Positions 26,117-35,918 of a DNA stretch of 64,000 nt are shown one piece after another. How positions within the stretch are numbered: the stretch's first letter is position 1; the number at the start of each line of letters is the position of its first letter. The stretch covers positions 32,001 to 96,000 of the IMG/VR virus record IMGVR_UViG_3300020577_007233; one strand, given 5' to 3'. Source of the DNA: a virus. Its lineage: Duplodnaviria > Heunggongvirae > Uroviricota > Caudoviricetes. The translations under genes were made by a program, and so were the position numbers. A model generated the notes under the pieces. The model saw nothing but the letters and a program-made list of their open reading frames with translations, did no database searches and was not told where the DNA came from.

Positions 26117-29100
26117 TTACAAGATTTGTACTGTATTCGATTCAGTTGCCGTACCAACGCTAATCCCATCAAACGGAATTACTTCGGCTTTCCATTTCTC
26201 GCCAGACGAGGTATTCACTGCTGGTACAATCCTCACATTTTGCAAGGAAGAAACCTCTGCAAAGTCGTCAGAACCTCTTGGTGCCCTGAGCCACCTGATA
26301 GAACTTTGATCGCTCTGAGTGCTACCCTGCTGTTGTGATTCATTGTCAACGTATGTATATGTTAGCTGAAGCGCTGACGCTGAAGAAACTGTTGGATTTG
26401 GAGATATCGTTACAAACCTGACTGATGGAGGATCGTTCTCAACAGAAACCGCAGCGCTTGTTACTGGATTTCCAATAATGTTATCCGTAGCAGGAAGTAT
26501 CGTAACTTCAAGAGTATTGCCTATCGCTATAGCAATAATGTTGTTCTTGATTTCTCCAACAAGAATTTCGTTGTTAGATATGCCACCAACAGTTACGCCA
26601 AGATCGCCTCTCTTGAATTCAACTCCATTAACATACCATATGATCTGTGATTTAGTTTCTCCATCACCATCCTGGAAGAATTCAAAGTCTGCGAAAGCTC
26701 TTGTTGCTGTCGTTACGGTATCTTGAACTGTTCCGTCATTCTTTTTACCCTTAATTGAAACAGTTGATATGAATGGAGGAGCCTCTATTATCTTAACAGA
26801 TGGAGAACGAACAATCTCGCTCAACGCAGTTCCGTCGCTCGCTCTTATTGTCGCATAAACAGTATCGTTTACCTTGAGTATGCTTTCTTGTCTCTGTCTA
26901 GCATATTGCTCAACGCTTGTTCCGTCTGGAACGTCATCTTTCTGGAATGAGAAAGCGTATATCCAAAGCGGATCATTAGTGTCTTCAAGATTATTCCATG
27001 TTCTTAGATTTCTAAGATACTCTATTTCAACACCATTGATGTACCAACGAATTTCCGTTTGTTCTGTATCTTCATCATTTTGGTTGATATCGAAATACTT
27101 GTAGCTAACGCTCAATTTTTGATAGATAGTCGCAATGGAAGGCGTTACTCTAAACTCAGAAACAACAGGCGGTCTCTGCGAAAGAGGAGGCGGCAAGAAA
27201 ACATTAGTGTTGTACATATAACCAACACCATCTATTGTTACGGGATTATTGGAATCCATATTCAAAACTCTTATACCAAGTTTCATTCTTCCCGCGTTCT
27301 CAATAGAAATGGAGAATGGACCAGACTGCTTTGAGTCAAAGATTACAAAGCCGTCTTGAGGATAAGTCTTGAATACAGCAGGATCAACTATTCCGCCATC
27401 TGCATTTCGAATCTCAACAGCAGATGTTGTATCCCATCTACCGTACTTAGCTTTCCACATGAAACCATCAATGCTCTCTAAGGGTTCATTGAGTGATGAA
27501 TCGTTTTCTTGATTGTATCTAATCGGAATGAAAACCTTACCGAAACGGTCTGATGGAGGCTGTGCGCCGCTCTTGTAATCAGACCAGTTGTATGAATTGC
27601 TCGTTGTTACCCCAACCTCAATCTGAGACAGTTCGGGTTTTGTTGCAGAAACAGAAACAGCAATTTGCTGAGGGCTGTAGTCTGTTGTTTCTGGCGTCAA
27701 GAATATGAAGCTCTCTGTCGGAACGCTATACTCGATATTTATGCCCGTCAAAGCCGGAGCGCCTGGAGTTGGAATAAGTTCGTATTCGCTTTCGATAAAT
27801 GAACTTAGACCGCTGAGCAAAGTAATCTTAAACTGCAAGAATCTTTCATTCAAGAATCTTGCATTAACATCGGTAAGTTCAATCTCTGTATTTGGGTTGA
27901 AAGAATCGCTGTAGTCTGAATAGTTAAAGCCGTCTTCGCTTGTTGCGACCTTCCAGCTTCCATCGGTATTTGGGAAAAGTTCATAGTCAAGAGTAATTGA
28001 GTTGACTATGCTATTGGCCTTCAAATCAACAACACATTCGTATAAGCCCCAACCAATAGAACCTTCAACCCTTCCAAGAGCGTTGTTCAAGACTTCATCT
28101 ATAAAAGTTGCATCCAAAACAGTTTGGCTTTCGCCGCCCGTCTCGTTAGCTATAGTCTCAAGAGAATCAAGATCTGTTCTAGCAACCAATGCTGAAAGAG
28201 TTACAGGGAAAACAACCGAGAAGTTGTTTATGACAACTGGAACTTGGGCAAAACCGTCAATAGCCTGAACGTCCTCTATCGCAGTTTGAAGAGTATTGAC
28301 AGAAAGGTTTTCTTCGTTATCTGTGTTGACATATATGACCTTTGAGTAGATATCGAGCGATTCGTCTAGAAGAATAGAAGAGTTACCAACAATAGCATCA
28401 TACAGAGGTGAGGCTCCAAATGGGATCTCGTTGCGAAGCCTTCCGAGATACTTGGTCATGTCTTCATATTCGCCATTGTTGACAAAAGTTATGATCTGAG
28501 GAATCCATTCAATGTCGCTGTAATAAGCAACTTCTGGGCTTTCCAACTGAGGAGTCTGCGGAGGAGCGAGATCGAAAACAGGATTATCACTCTCCTTGAG
28601 CGTCTGATCGATAACTTGGTTATTCTCGTTGTCTCCGTTTTGATTGCCTCCGCCTTGATTATTACTTCCTTCAACAGCCTGACTTGCTTCTATGCTGCGA
28701 CATCCTTCAAATTCAGTAGGAGGAGTTCCACCAGAATCAGAGCCTCCAGGATTCTGATTAGAGTCCCCACCCGAATTATTAGACCCGCTATCATTCGTTG
28801 TGGGTGTTGAGTCAGTATTGTCCTTGATATCAATAACGGTTTGTCCGTAGAAGAAGTCATCAATAACTGTTATTCTAACTTTGATAGAGTACGGATTTCG
28901 GGTCTCGCCCTCAACTATCTTGAGAGTGTTGCTGCCTTCGTTACCCCCTTCGCCTACAACCTGTTCCTGTATGCCAAGTTTTTCTTTGATCTCTGATATC
29001 TTCTTGAGAATATCATCAGCCCTTGGCAACATAATAGTAGAACCAACACCGTTAGTTATGTAGAAATCATTAGAACTGAAGACTACTGGATATACAAGAG

Positions 29101-32100
29101 CATCTCTTAGAGCGGAATTGTCTGACTGCTGCTGAGATTGGTCGCCTCCATCAGTTTCGCTACCAGCGTTTGAATCAGGGAACAAGAGTATACCCTGCAC
29201 AAGAACTCTTATAGAAGATGACGGATGCTCTCCAACATCATTGATAAGTTCTATAGCAACCGTTGCAGACTGCTTGCCATCAAGTCTAATAGAAGAAGGA
29301 TTGGCGCTTGCCTTAATTTGCAAAAATCCGGCAGGACGACCGCTCGTAAGACCGCCAGCGGTATAGATGTACCTCCACTGATCGCTTGTTCCACCAAACG
29401 ATGTCTTGGCTGTAGGCATCCTAGTAAGAGAATCGTATGAATAAGTAGGAGAGCCTTCTTCTATAAGATCAAAAACGCTCAGAACCTGAGACTTTGCACT
29501 TGAACCTCCAATGAAGTAGTGAGAATCATATATGCTTGCTGAAACACCTCTATACCTTGGAGCAGGTATCTGATCGTAAATGTAATCGTCAAGAGAAATA
29601 GTCAAGTCATTCAAGTTAATCTTGAATGAATCGGTTACAAACTCAAGAGGCTGTTCGCCTGTATCTTCGTTTCTTACCCCTGGAATTGCTCCGCCAAGAA
29701 CATGAATCTCTGAGGTATCGGCAGTAGCAAACGCGAAAGGAGCAACTCTCTCGTAAAGAGTTAAGTCAACTCCACTAAACGCTTCGCTATACGACCAAGT
29801 TCCTGAATCGAAATCGTAAACAAGTATTCTGTCGTTGACAGCATCAATAGAACCCTTTTGTCCTATCTTCCTAATTCCACCTATAATGTAAGCCTTGCCG
29901 TATATAACAACACAAGTTCCGAGAGCAACACCATATGTATTCTGATCGAAAGTTGGCATCACCCCAACGTTTTCCCATGCATCTGTTTCCGTGTTGTATC
30001 TTTCTATTGAGTCTGTTATGGTTAGGTTAGACCCATCAGCAACTATTCCGCCGAAGACGTAAATGTAAATGCCATCTTGGGCTGCCATATGATAGAACCT
30101 AGGAACGGACATGGCTTCCATTGTCGTCCAAGTATCTGATTCGACATCATATCTTTCGTTGTAACCAAGAATAGATTTACCATCAAGCCCACCGATTGCA
30201 TAAAGCTGTTCGCCGTATGGATTGAAAGTCCAGCTAAGAGTTAGGCAACCTCTTGGGTGACTCATTGGAGTCTTAGTTTCCCAAGTGTTGCTGAACGTAT
30301 CGTATATATCAAGAGAACCGCTAAAGACGTTGCTTATTTCGCCTTCTGGCTTTTCTTCTGTTGTGTCCTCTTTTGGCTGCGAAGGGTCGTACTTTATGGT
30401 TACGCAACAAGTCATGCTGCGCTCTACATCTCCTCGTTTATCATACTTTGTTTCTGCCTGAACCTGAGCTTCAAAAGCGCTTTCTGGTCCAAACGCAGCA
30501 ACAAAGAATGAAGCAAAACTTCTTACTGGCCCAGTTGGATTAAGTATGCTATCGTTGACCTTTTCTGTGTATACGGTATCGCTAAGCAATATGATCTTTT
30601 CTGGATTCTTACCAGCAATAGTCAAGAAAACAGGAGTACCGTTTGGTACTGGCTTTTGCTTAAAAGTTACCTCAACAACAAACTCATGTACAGATACGCC
30701 ATCGCAAAGAACTTTCTCTACACTACTACCATTCCTTCTGATATCAACAACTAATATATCAAGAGGCTCTTTTAGCTCAACAGTTGTTGGAGGAACTCCA
30801 CCTTTGATATCTCCTCCGCCTCTTAGATATCTCGTTTCTCCATTGAAGTTAATAGAGGTAGAGCCATTGATGACAAGCAAATCTTTCTTCTTTGCTGCGC
30901 CTGGAGGAATGTCTATGCAAGAACAAATGTTACCAGCTTGGTTGTTATCATCGTCGCCTCCGCTTGTTGATTTTGGTCTTCCTACAAACTTGTTGATTCT
31001 AAGATAAAATGAAGTGCTGTTTCCTGTTTGCGCAAGAGGAACTTGAGCAAATCCTATTTGCTCATTTGCTTGCGTTACTACATATTCTTCCAAATCTTCA
31101 TCATATGTAGTAACCAAATCGTCTCCGTAAAGGATTTCGAAGTCAGATCCAGATTCAACATCAATGATTTGCCCATTATCCAAAACGAATATTGGTTTTC
31201 CTGCGTTATTGGCGCATTCTCTAAAGCACTCAGCAAGGACTCCTCCTGTTATATTTGGATCATGATAAACCGTAACAGGCAAAAGCTGATAACCGTCAGC
31301 ATATAGAGTATTGACATACTGAGGAGTAGTCATTAGGAAACGAGAACCAAAGCCAAGACCCGCAAAGTTAGGCGGATAGATTAGGGCAGGCCTTTCTTCA
31401 AATGCACTTAAACCATCGTAAACAACAGATGCTTTGATTGCATAAAGCTCTGGCAAATAGATGATATTACCTGGACATGGAACGTAAAGTTCCCATGAAA
31501 CACCGCATGCTGGGCCAAAGAAGATTCTTCTTGCCGTTCCGTTTCTTGTGTATGAGAAAACGCCCGGTCCTGCGGGAACGTTGTCTGTAGAATAAAACGG
31601 ACGGTCCTTAGCGTTGCGACCTTTTCTTAATGTCCAACGAACAACCTGCTGTCCTTCAACAGGAATTTTCCTAGGACGCTCAGTATCAGGACTGTCAGGG
31701 TCTATCATATAAACCCTTGCTTGTTGCTCGGCAACGTCAATACAGTTAGAATCAGGTGGTTCTATTGTCGTTTCAACCCTAAGAATACTGTCGAATACAA
31801 TGTACATCTTCTTACGAGCGTAATATCCATTGTATCCCGCTTTACCAAAAAGCATAACAGCTTGAGGAGAATGAGGTGATCTCAACGGTATATCTGCATA
31901 TGAAACTTGCTTAGTTGTTCCATCGGTTAGCGTCTGTAGGCCAGTCCTAAGAGGAATAGAAGTTGCTGGCGGCTGCACCGCTCGACTTCTTCTATCAGAG
32001 AAACCAGGAACGAAAGGCCGTCTTTCAGAAGAACCCCCAAGCCCCTGCGAACAAGGGTTAGAGTCTGAATCGTCATCCGGATCGCATTGAGGGTCTGAGG

Positions 32101-35100
32101 CCTCATATACGGCAACATTACAGTCTGAACCAAAGGGCAATGATTGACCCCTATAGGTTACAACTATACGAGCCATAAAAGGTCTTTGTCTTCTTATCCA
32201 ACAACCATCAAAGCTCTTGAACTTATCTGGGTCAAAAAGAAGGCCTCCGCTTGATATAAACGACTGATCATCAAGAGGAACCGTTTGCTTGCAGAGTATC
32301 TTGACTGAATCGCCGCCCGCAGACTGAGGCCCAACAGGATCTGAAGAAGAAGTTCCTGCTGATCTTCTTCTCTTTGACTTTCTCTTAACGCCAGACTGCG
32401 TTGTAATCGTACCAAAATTGGCAGAGTTATCTCCTATGTTGATAAGCTCCATCGCAAATGGATTGAGCATCTCAATGTGTATAGGAAGAGAAGTAAATTC
32501 AAAAACATTTACGCTTGGGTTCTCTCTGTCTGGTATTGTGTATGAAACTGTTATATTAGAAGACAACGAGTTAATTGATGAAAGAACATCCAAATCAGAT
32601 GTCATCCTAAAGACGCCTCGCAAGAAACCGTTACCAATAGATGTTGAGGAAAGAATATAACAGTCCTTGGCGTCAGGAGTCGCAGTTGTTCTGTCTATGG
32701 TTTCTCCGAAAACGTTCTCTGCAAGCTGAGCAGAACCAACTGTAGAATCAGCAGAGAACTTGATATTGCTGGCGTCAGCTATAGGCGCTCCAAACTCATC
32801 CGTTATTTGAGCGTACAATGCAATTCTCTGATCAAACCACGCTTGTATATCTTTCTGAAACTTTACAGGAGCATCCCAAGCAAGGCTTATAGCGTTCTCG
32901 TTTACAACTTCATATCTTAACTGCTTAACTTCCAAAAGAGGAATATTTGTTTCGTCCGCAGTTTCAAGAGGAACACTAGATACAAAAACAGGAGCCGACA
33001 GGTTTCCGTATCTATCGGCGGCCACAATCGCATAGTAGTTGACTATCTCGTTTTCGAGATTTCTGTCAACAAATCCTGTGTCGGACGAGGAACCACTGAA
33101 TACCAACAACGCAGTAGAATCAACGCCGGCCTCGGTGGTGATTATAGGATAACCACGATCAGACCAGTATACAAGAACTTGCTCTGTGACACCATCATTT
33201 ATAGCATCCCAAGTTATGTAGTTCTTATGATTTCCTGGCTGAACAGTTGCGTTTTGCACTCGGTTAATAAAAGGAGTTGAAACCGCAGCAGTTCTGCTCT
33301 CTGTTGTAGCAAAGCTTGGAATTTCAACAGACAATATTGGAGAGTCAGAGGATAGGCTATAATTTCCTATTGAATTTCTTGAATAGATTCGGAAATGGTA
33401 GTTTCTACCATGAACATAATCAAATGGCAAAGTAACGATATGTTCGCCAACTGATGCTGCTTCGCTATAAACCAAATCTCCATCTATTTCGCTTGAGGGT
33501 TTTTCGCCAAAACCTTCAAAAACCAAAACAGGTTCTCCAGCGGTTCCGTTGCTATTAGTTGGAGTTTGATAAGAAAAATTACCAACACCTTCGGCTTGTT
33601 TTCTAATTATGGAAACACTTCCGCCAGAATAGTTAAAATCAGAAGGAACCATATACTTCAAAACAACGATTCTATCACCGTTATCAGTTACTTTTTCATC
33701 GGCAGTCAAAGGAACCGCAGACATCATAGAAATGTAGCTTGCAGAACGTATTGTCTTGTGTATACTGACTTCTGTGATTTTACCAAAGAACGAGGAAGTC
33801 TTTCCTCCTATGTAAACGTTCATTGGTTCTTGGCTGTAGTAGCCCAAAGTAGTTATACTGCCAGTACCAGCAACAGTGCCATTAACGTAGAACCTTACAG
33901 AAAAAGTATCAACATCGACAGTAACAGCGACATGATTCCATTGATTTGCTATCAATGTTCCAGAAGAAGAAGCGGTCGTAAGGTCATCCATGCTGAAGAA
34001 AAGAGTACCATCCGTGTTCGTTCCGAACTTGAACGTCATCTTATCTTGGTCAGATGTTTCTCTTGACAGAAATACCCTTTTCTCCGCAAAATTGAACGGA
34101 TAGACCCAAGCCATAAACGTATATTTCGTTTGTATGAGCTTATAGTCAGAGTTATATCCATAGATATTGGAAGACCCATTCAGTCTTATGCCACTTACGC
34201 CGCTAGGAACATCTGACGAGTTCAACCATGTTATTTCATTGTTTGACGAAAGACGAACAGGACTATCACTAAAGTCATAGGCGCTGTCGCCTGTTGATTC
34301 GTTTAGATGCCAAAGACCAATAACATCAGCATCTCTCTTTACGCCAGATCCTGTCATTACTCTATATGTAAAGCCTCCGACTCCATGAGGAACGATCTTG
34401 AGTCTAGGTACGGCTGTTAGAAATCGTCCATTGCTAAAGACACCATCGCCATTGAAAGTATAGGCTGCATAGAAATACTCTTGACCTTCTATTAGATTAT
34501 CGTTGTAAGCTCTTTCAACAAAACCTTCGGTTACTATTTCGCCATCAAGGGGGCCAGTAGGATAAGAACCAATCTTTCTAATAATTCTTACGCCAGCATA
34601 TCCGCTTTCTTGATCAGCAAAATAGCTTGAAGCAACTTCGGATGTATCGCTTGTATTTACTGCATCGCTTTCAACAACAGCAAAAAAGTTGATCTTTATC
34701 GGCGTAGAACCAAGGCTTATGAGGTTGTATTTGACTTCTCCAGGATAGGTTGCTTCAAGGCGGTCAACCATTCTTTGAGTCATTATGTGGCGAAGGCCTT
34801 CGCTGTCATTCCATGTCAAAGAACCGCTCTGATCCATAACAACGGAAACAAGCTTATCTGGAAGACTTAGTTCAACCTTATTTGTTTCGCTATCTATATC
34901 AACGATCTTTGTTTGAACAAAAACAGGCTCAAGCTCATTAGAGTCAAACTTGTGAATTGCTTTTACTGCAAGAGCAGAAGCAGGAACAATAATCTTGCAT
35001 GCATTTTCATCCAACGCATCCCTATAAGAATAGGCTCTAATAGCATATCTCTTGTCACAATCTAGGTTCCAAGTTCTAGTCGCTTCGCTGAAAGTAAGAC

Positions 35101-35890
35101 TGCATAACGAGGTATAGGGGTCAAAAGACGAATCTTCGCTAGAGTAGTCCCACATCAAATACGCTTCATCAGTCGTTCCCGAAGCAAATAGGGCAACAGC
35201 ATAATTACCATCAAACGTTATAGACGAAACGCCCGTTAGAGGCGTAATTTCAAATCCGTACCAATTATCATCTACAATTTCTTCTATAGATGTTTTGTAA
35301 ACATATACAGGAACGATATTACCTGGTAAAGTATTATCATCTACTTCATACATCTTCATATGAATAGTTATGAAAGACTGAGAATATTCAAAACTCGAAG
35401 GCAAAGAGCCTTGAGTTAGGTGAACAGAATCAAGATACACATTCTCTGTCTGAGGTGTTATAGATAGGTTGAAACTTCTTGTGTCTTGAATAACAACATC
35501 AGCAGAAACCCAGGCCCATGACGTTCCTATATATGTTGTATGAGTTGATACAACATTGCCGTTTACAGACAGAGAAAAGGTAAAACTAGAAATGCTAGAG
35601 GCTTTAACTCTCAAATATAAAGTGTACTTGCCATATTTGCTGGCAACAATAGGATATGTCAATACAGGCCAATTGTAATCACCTGTTCCTCTTTTGGGCA
35701 AAACAACCATGTATCCGTTACCGTAGTATCCGGTTACTGAATTGTCAAAAATGATATTTGGATTGCCTTGCTCCAAAGAGGAAAAATTGGCAACATCAAA
35801 CGTTGTACCATTATCCGTTACGCTTATTTCAGAGAGGGAAGTCCCAATCTTACGAAGGAAAACAGACACTTTAGTAATGTTAGTGTTCAT
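26117..35890 (-). CDS. giant (about 3,257 aa) multidomain putative virion/adhesin protein: carbohydrate-binding-like, discontinuous vWA, LamG, FN3-like, Kelch propeller, C-terminal Ig-like repeats
   Basis: MDQSGS MIDAS start; GASPLYDAI/TDNEEN/ANETGG vWA end; GLWHLNE...WNHVAVT LamG; repeated (I/F)GG...YD...W Kelch; PP..S...P...IRW repeats; ATG at 35890 preferred over the track's 35908. Confidence 0.8.
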   Translation of the reverse strand: MNTNITKVSVFLRKIGTSLSEISVTDNGTTFDVANFSSLEQGNPNIIFDNSVTGYYGNGYMVVLPKRGTGDYNWPVLTYPIVASKYGKYTLYLRVKASSISSFTFSLSVNGNVVSTHTTYIGTSWAWVSADVVIQDTRSFNLSITPQTENVYLDSVHLTQGSLPSSFEYSQSFITIHMKMYEVDDNTLPGNIVPVYVYKTSIEEIVDDNWYGFEITPLTGVSSITFDGNYAVALFASGTTDEAYLMWDYSSEDSSFDPYTSLCSLTFSEATRTWNLDCDKRYAIRAYSYRDALDENACKIIVPASALAVKAIHKFDSNELEPVFVQTKIVDIDSETNKVELSLPDKLVSVVMDQSGSLTWNDSEGLRHIMTQRMVDRLEATYPGEVKYNLISLGSTPIKINFFAVVESDAVNTSDTSEVASSYFADQESGYAGVRIIRKIGSYPTGPLDGEIVTEGFVERAYNDNLIEGQEYFYAAYTFNGDGVFSNGRFLTAVPRLKIVPHGVGGFTYRVMTGSGVKRDADVIGLWHLNESTGDSAYDFSDSPVRLSSNNEITWLNSSDVPSGVSGIRLNGSSNIYGYNSDYKLIQTKYTFMAWVYPFNFAEKRVFLSRETSDQDKMTFKFGTNTDGTLFFSMDDLTTASSSGTLIANQWNHVAVTVDVDTFSVRFYVNGTVAGTGSITTLGYYSQEPMNVYIGGKTSSFFGKITEVSIHKTIRSASYISMMSAVPLTADEKVTDNGDRIVVLKYMVPSDFNYSGGSVSIIRKQAEGVGNFSYQTPTNSNGTAGEPVLVFEGFGEKPSSEIDGDLVYSEAASVGEHIVTLPFDYVHGRNYHFRIYSRNSIGNYSLSSDSPILSVEIPSFATTESRTAAVSTPFINRVQNATVQPGNHKNYITWDAINDGVTEQVLVYWSDRGYPIITTEAGVDSTALLVFSGSSSDTGFVDRNLENEIVNYYAIVAADRYGNLSAPVFVSSVPLETADETNIPLLEVKQLRYEVVNENAISLAWDAPVKFQKDIQAWFDQRIALYAQITDEFGAPIADASNIKFSADSTVGSAQLAENVFGETIDRTTATPDAKDCYILSSTSIGNGFLRGVFRMTSDLDVLSSINSLSSNITVSYTIPDRENPSVNVFEFTSLPIHIEMLNPFAMELINIGDNSANFGTITTQSGVKRKSKRRRSAGTSSSDPVGPQSAGGDSVKILCKQTVPLDDQSFISSGGLLFDPDKFKSFDGCWIRRQRPFMARIVVTYRGQSLPFGSDCNVAVYEASDPQCDPDDDSDSNPCSQGLGGSSERRPFVPGFSDRRSRAVQPPATSIPLRTGLQTLTDGTTKQVSYADIPLRSPHSPQAVMLFGKAGYNGYYARKKMYIVFDSILRVETTIEPPDSNCIDVAEQQARVYMIDPDSPDTERPRKIPVEGQQVVRWTLRKGRNAKDRPFYSTDNVPAGPGVFSYTRNGTARRIFFGPACGVSWELYVPCPGNIIYLPELYAIKASVVYDGLSAFEERPALIYPPNFAGLGFGSRFLMTTPQYVNTLYADGYQLLPVTVYHDPNITGGVLAECFRECANNAGKPIFVLDNGQIIDVESGSDFEILYGDDLVTTYDEDLEEYVVTQANEQIGFAQVPLAQTGNSTSFYLRINKFVGRPKSTSGGDDDNNQAGNICSCIDIPPGAAKKKDLLVINGSTSINFNGETRYLRGGGDIKGGVPPTTVELKEPLDILVVDIRRNGSSVEKVLCDGVSVHEFVVEVTFKQKPVPNGTPVFLTIAGKNPEKIILLSDTVYTEKVNDSILNPTGPVRSFASFFVAAFGPESAFEAQVQAETKYDKRGDVERSMTCCVTIKYDPSQPKEDTTEEKPEGEISNVFSGSLDIYDTFSNTWETKTPMSHPRGCLTLSWTFNPYGEQLYAIGGLDGKSILGYNERYDVESDTWTTMEAMSVPRFYHMAAQDGIYIYVFGGIVADGSNLTITDSIERYNTETDAWENVGVMPTFDQNTYGVALGTCVVIYGKAYIIGGIRKIGQKGSIDAVNDRILVYDFDSGTWSYSEAFSGVDLTLYERVAPFAFATADTSEIHVLGGAIPGVRNEDTGEQPLEFVTDSFKINLNDLTISLDDYIYDQIPAPRYRGVSASIYDSHYFIGGSSAKSQVLSVFDLIEEGSPTYSYDSLTRMPTAKTSFGGTSDQWRYIYTAGGLTSGRPAGFLQIKASANPSSIRLDGKQSATVAIELINDVGEHPSSSIRVLVQGILLFPDSNAGSETDGGDQSQQQSDNSALRDALVYPVVFSSNDFYITNGVGSTIMLPRADDILKKISEIKEKLGIQEQVVGEGGNEGSNTLKIVEGETRNPYSIKVRITVIDDFFYGQTVIDIKDNTDSTPTTNDSGSNNSGGDSNQNPGGSDSGGTPPTEFEGCRSIEASQAVEGSNNQGGGNQNGDNENNQVIDQTLKESDNPVFDLAPPQTPQLESPEVAYYSDIEWIPQIITFVNNGEYEDMTKYLGRLRNEIPFGASPLYDAIVGNSSILLDESLDIYSKVIYVNTDNEENLSVNTLQTAIEDVQAIDGFAQVPVVINNFSVVFPVTLSALVARTDLDSLETIANETGGESQTVLDATFIDEVLNNALGRVEGSIGWGLYECVVDLKANSIVNSITLDYELFPNTDGSWKVATSEDGFNYSDYSDSFNPNTEIELTDVNARFLNERFLQFKITLLSGLSSFIESEYELIPTPGAPALTGINIEYSVPTESFIFLTPETTDYSPQQIAVSVSATKPELSQIEVGVTTSNSYNWSDYKSGAQPPSDRFGKVFIPIRYNQENDSSLNEPLESIDGFMWKAKYGRWDTTSAVEIRNADGGIVDPAVFKTYPQDGFVIFDSKQSGPFSISIENAGRMKLGIRVLNMDSNNPVTIDGVGYMYNTNVFLPPPLSQRPPVVSEFRVTPSIATIYQKLSVSYKYFDINQNDEDTEQTEIRWYINGVEIEYLRNLRTWNNLEDTNDPLWIYAFSFQKDDVPDGTSVEQYARQRQESILKVNDTVYATIRASDGTALSEIVRSPSVKIIEAPPFISTVSIKGKKNDGTVQDTVTTATRAFADFEFFQDGDGETKSQIIWYVNGVEFKRGDLGVTVGGISNNEILVGEIKNNIIAIAIGNTLEVTILPATDNIIGNPVTSAAVSVENDPPSVRFVTISPNPTVSSASALQLTYTYVDNESQQQGSTQSDQSSIRWLRAPRGSDDFAEVSSLQNVRIVPAVNTSSGEKWKAEVIPFDGISVGTATESNTVQIL

Positions 35891-35918
35891 GAAATACAAA
35901 GACCCCAATCGGCTATAC

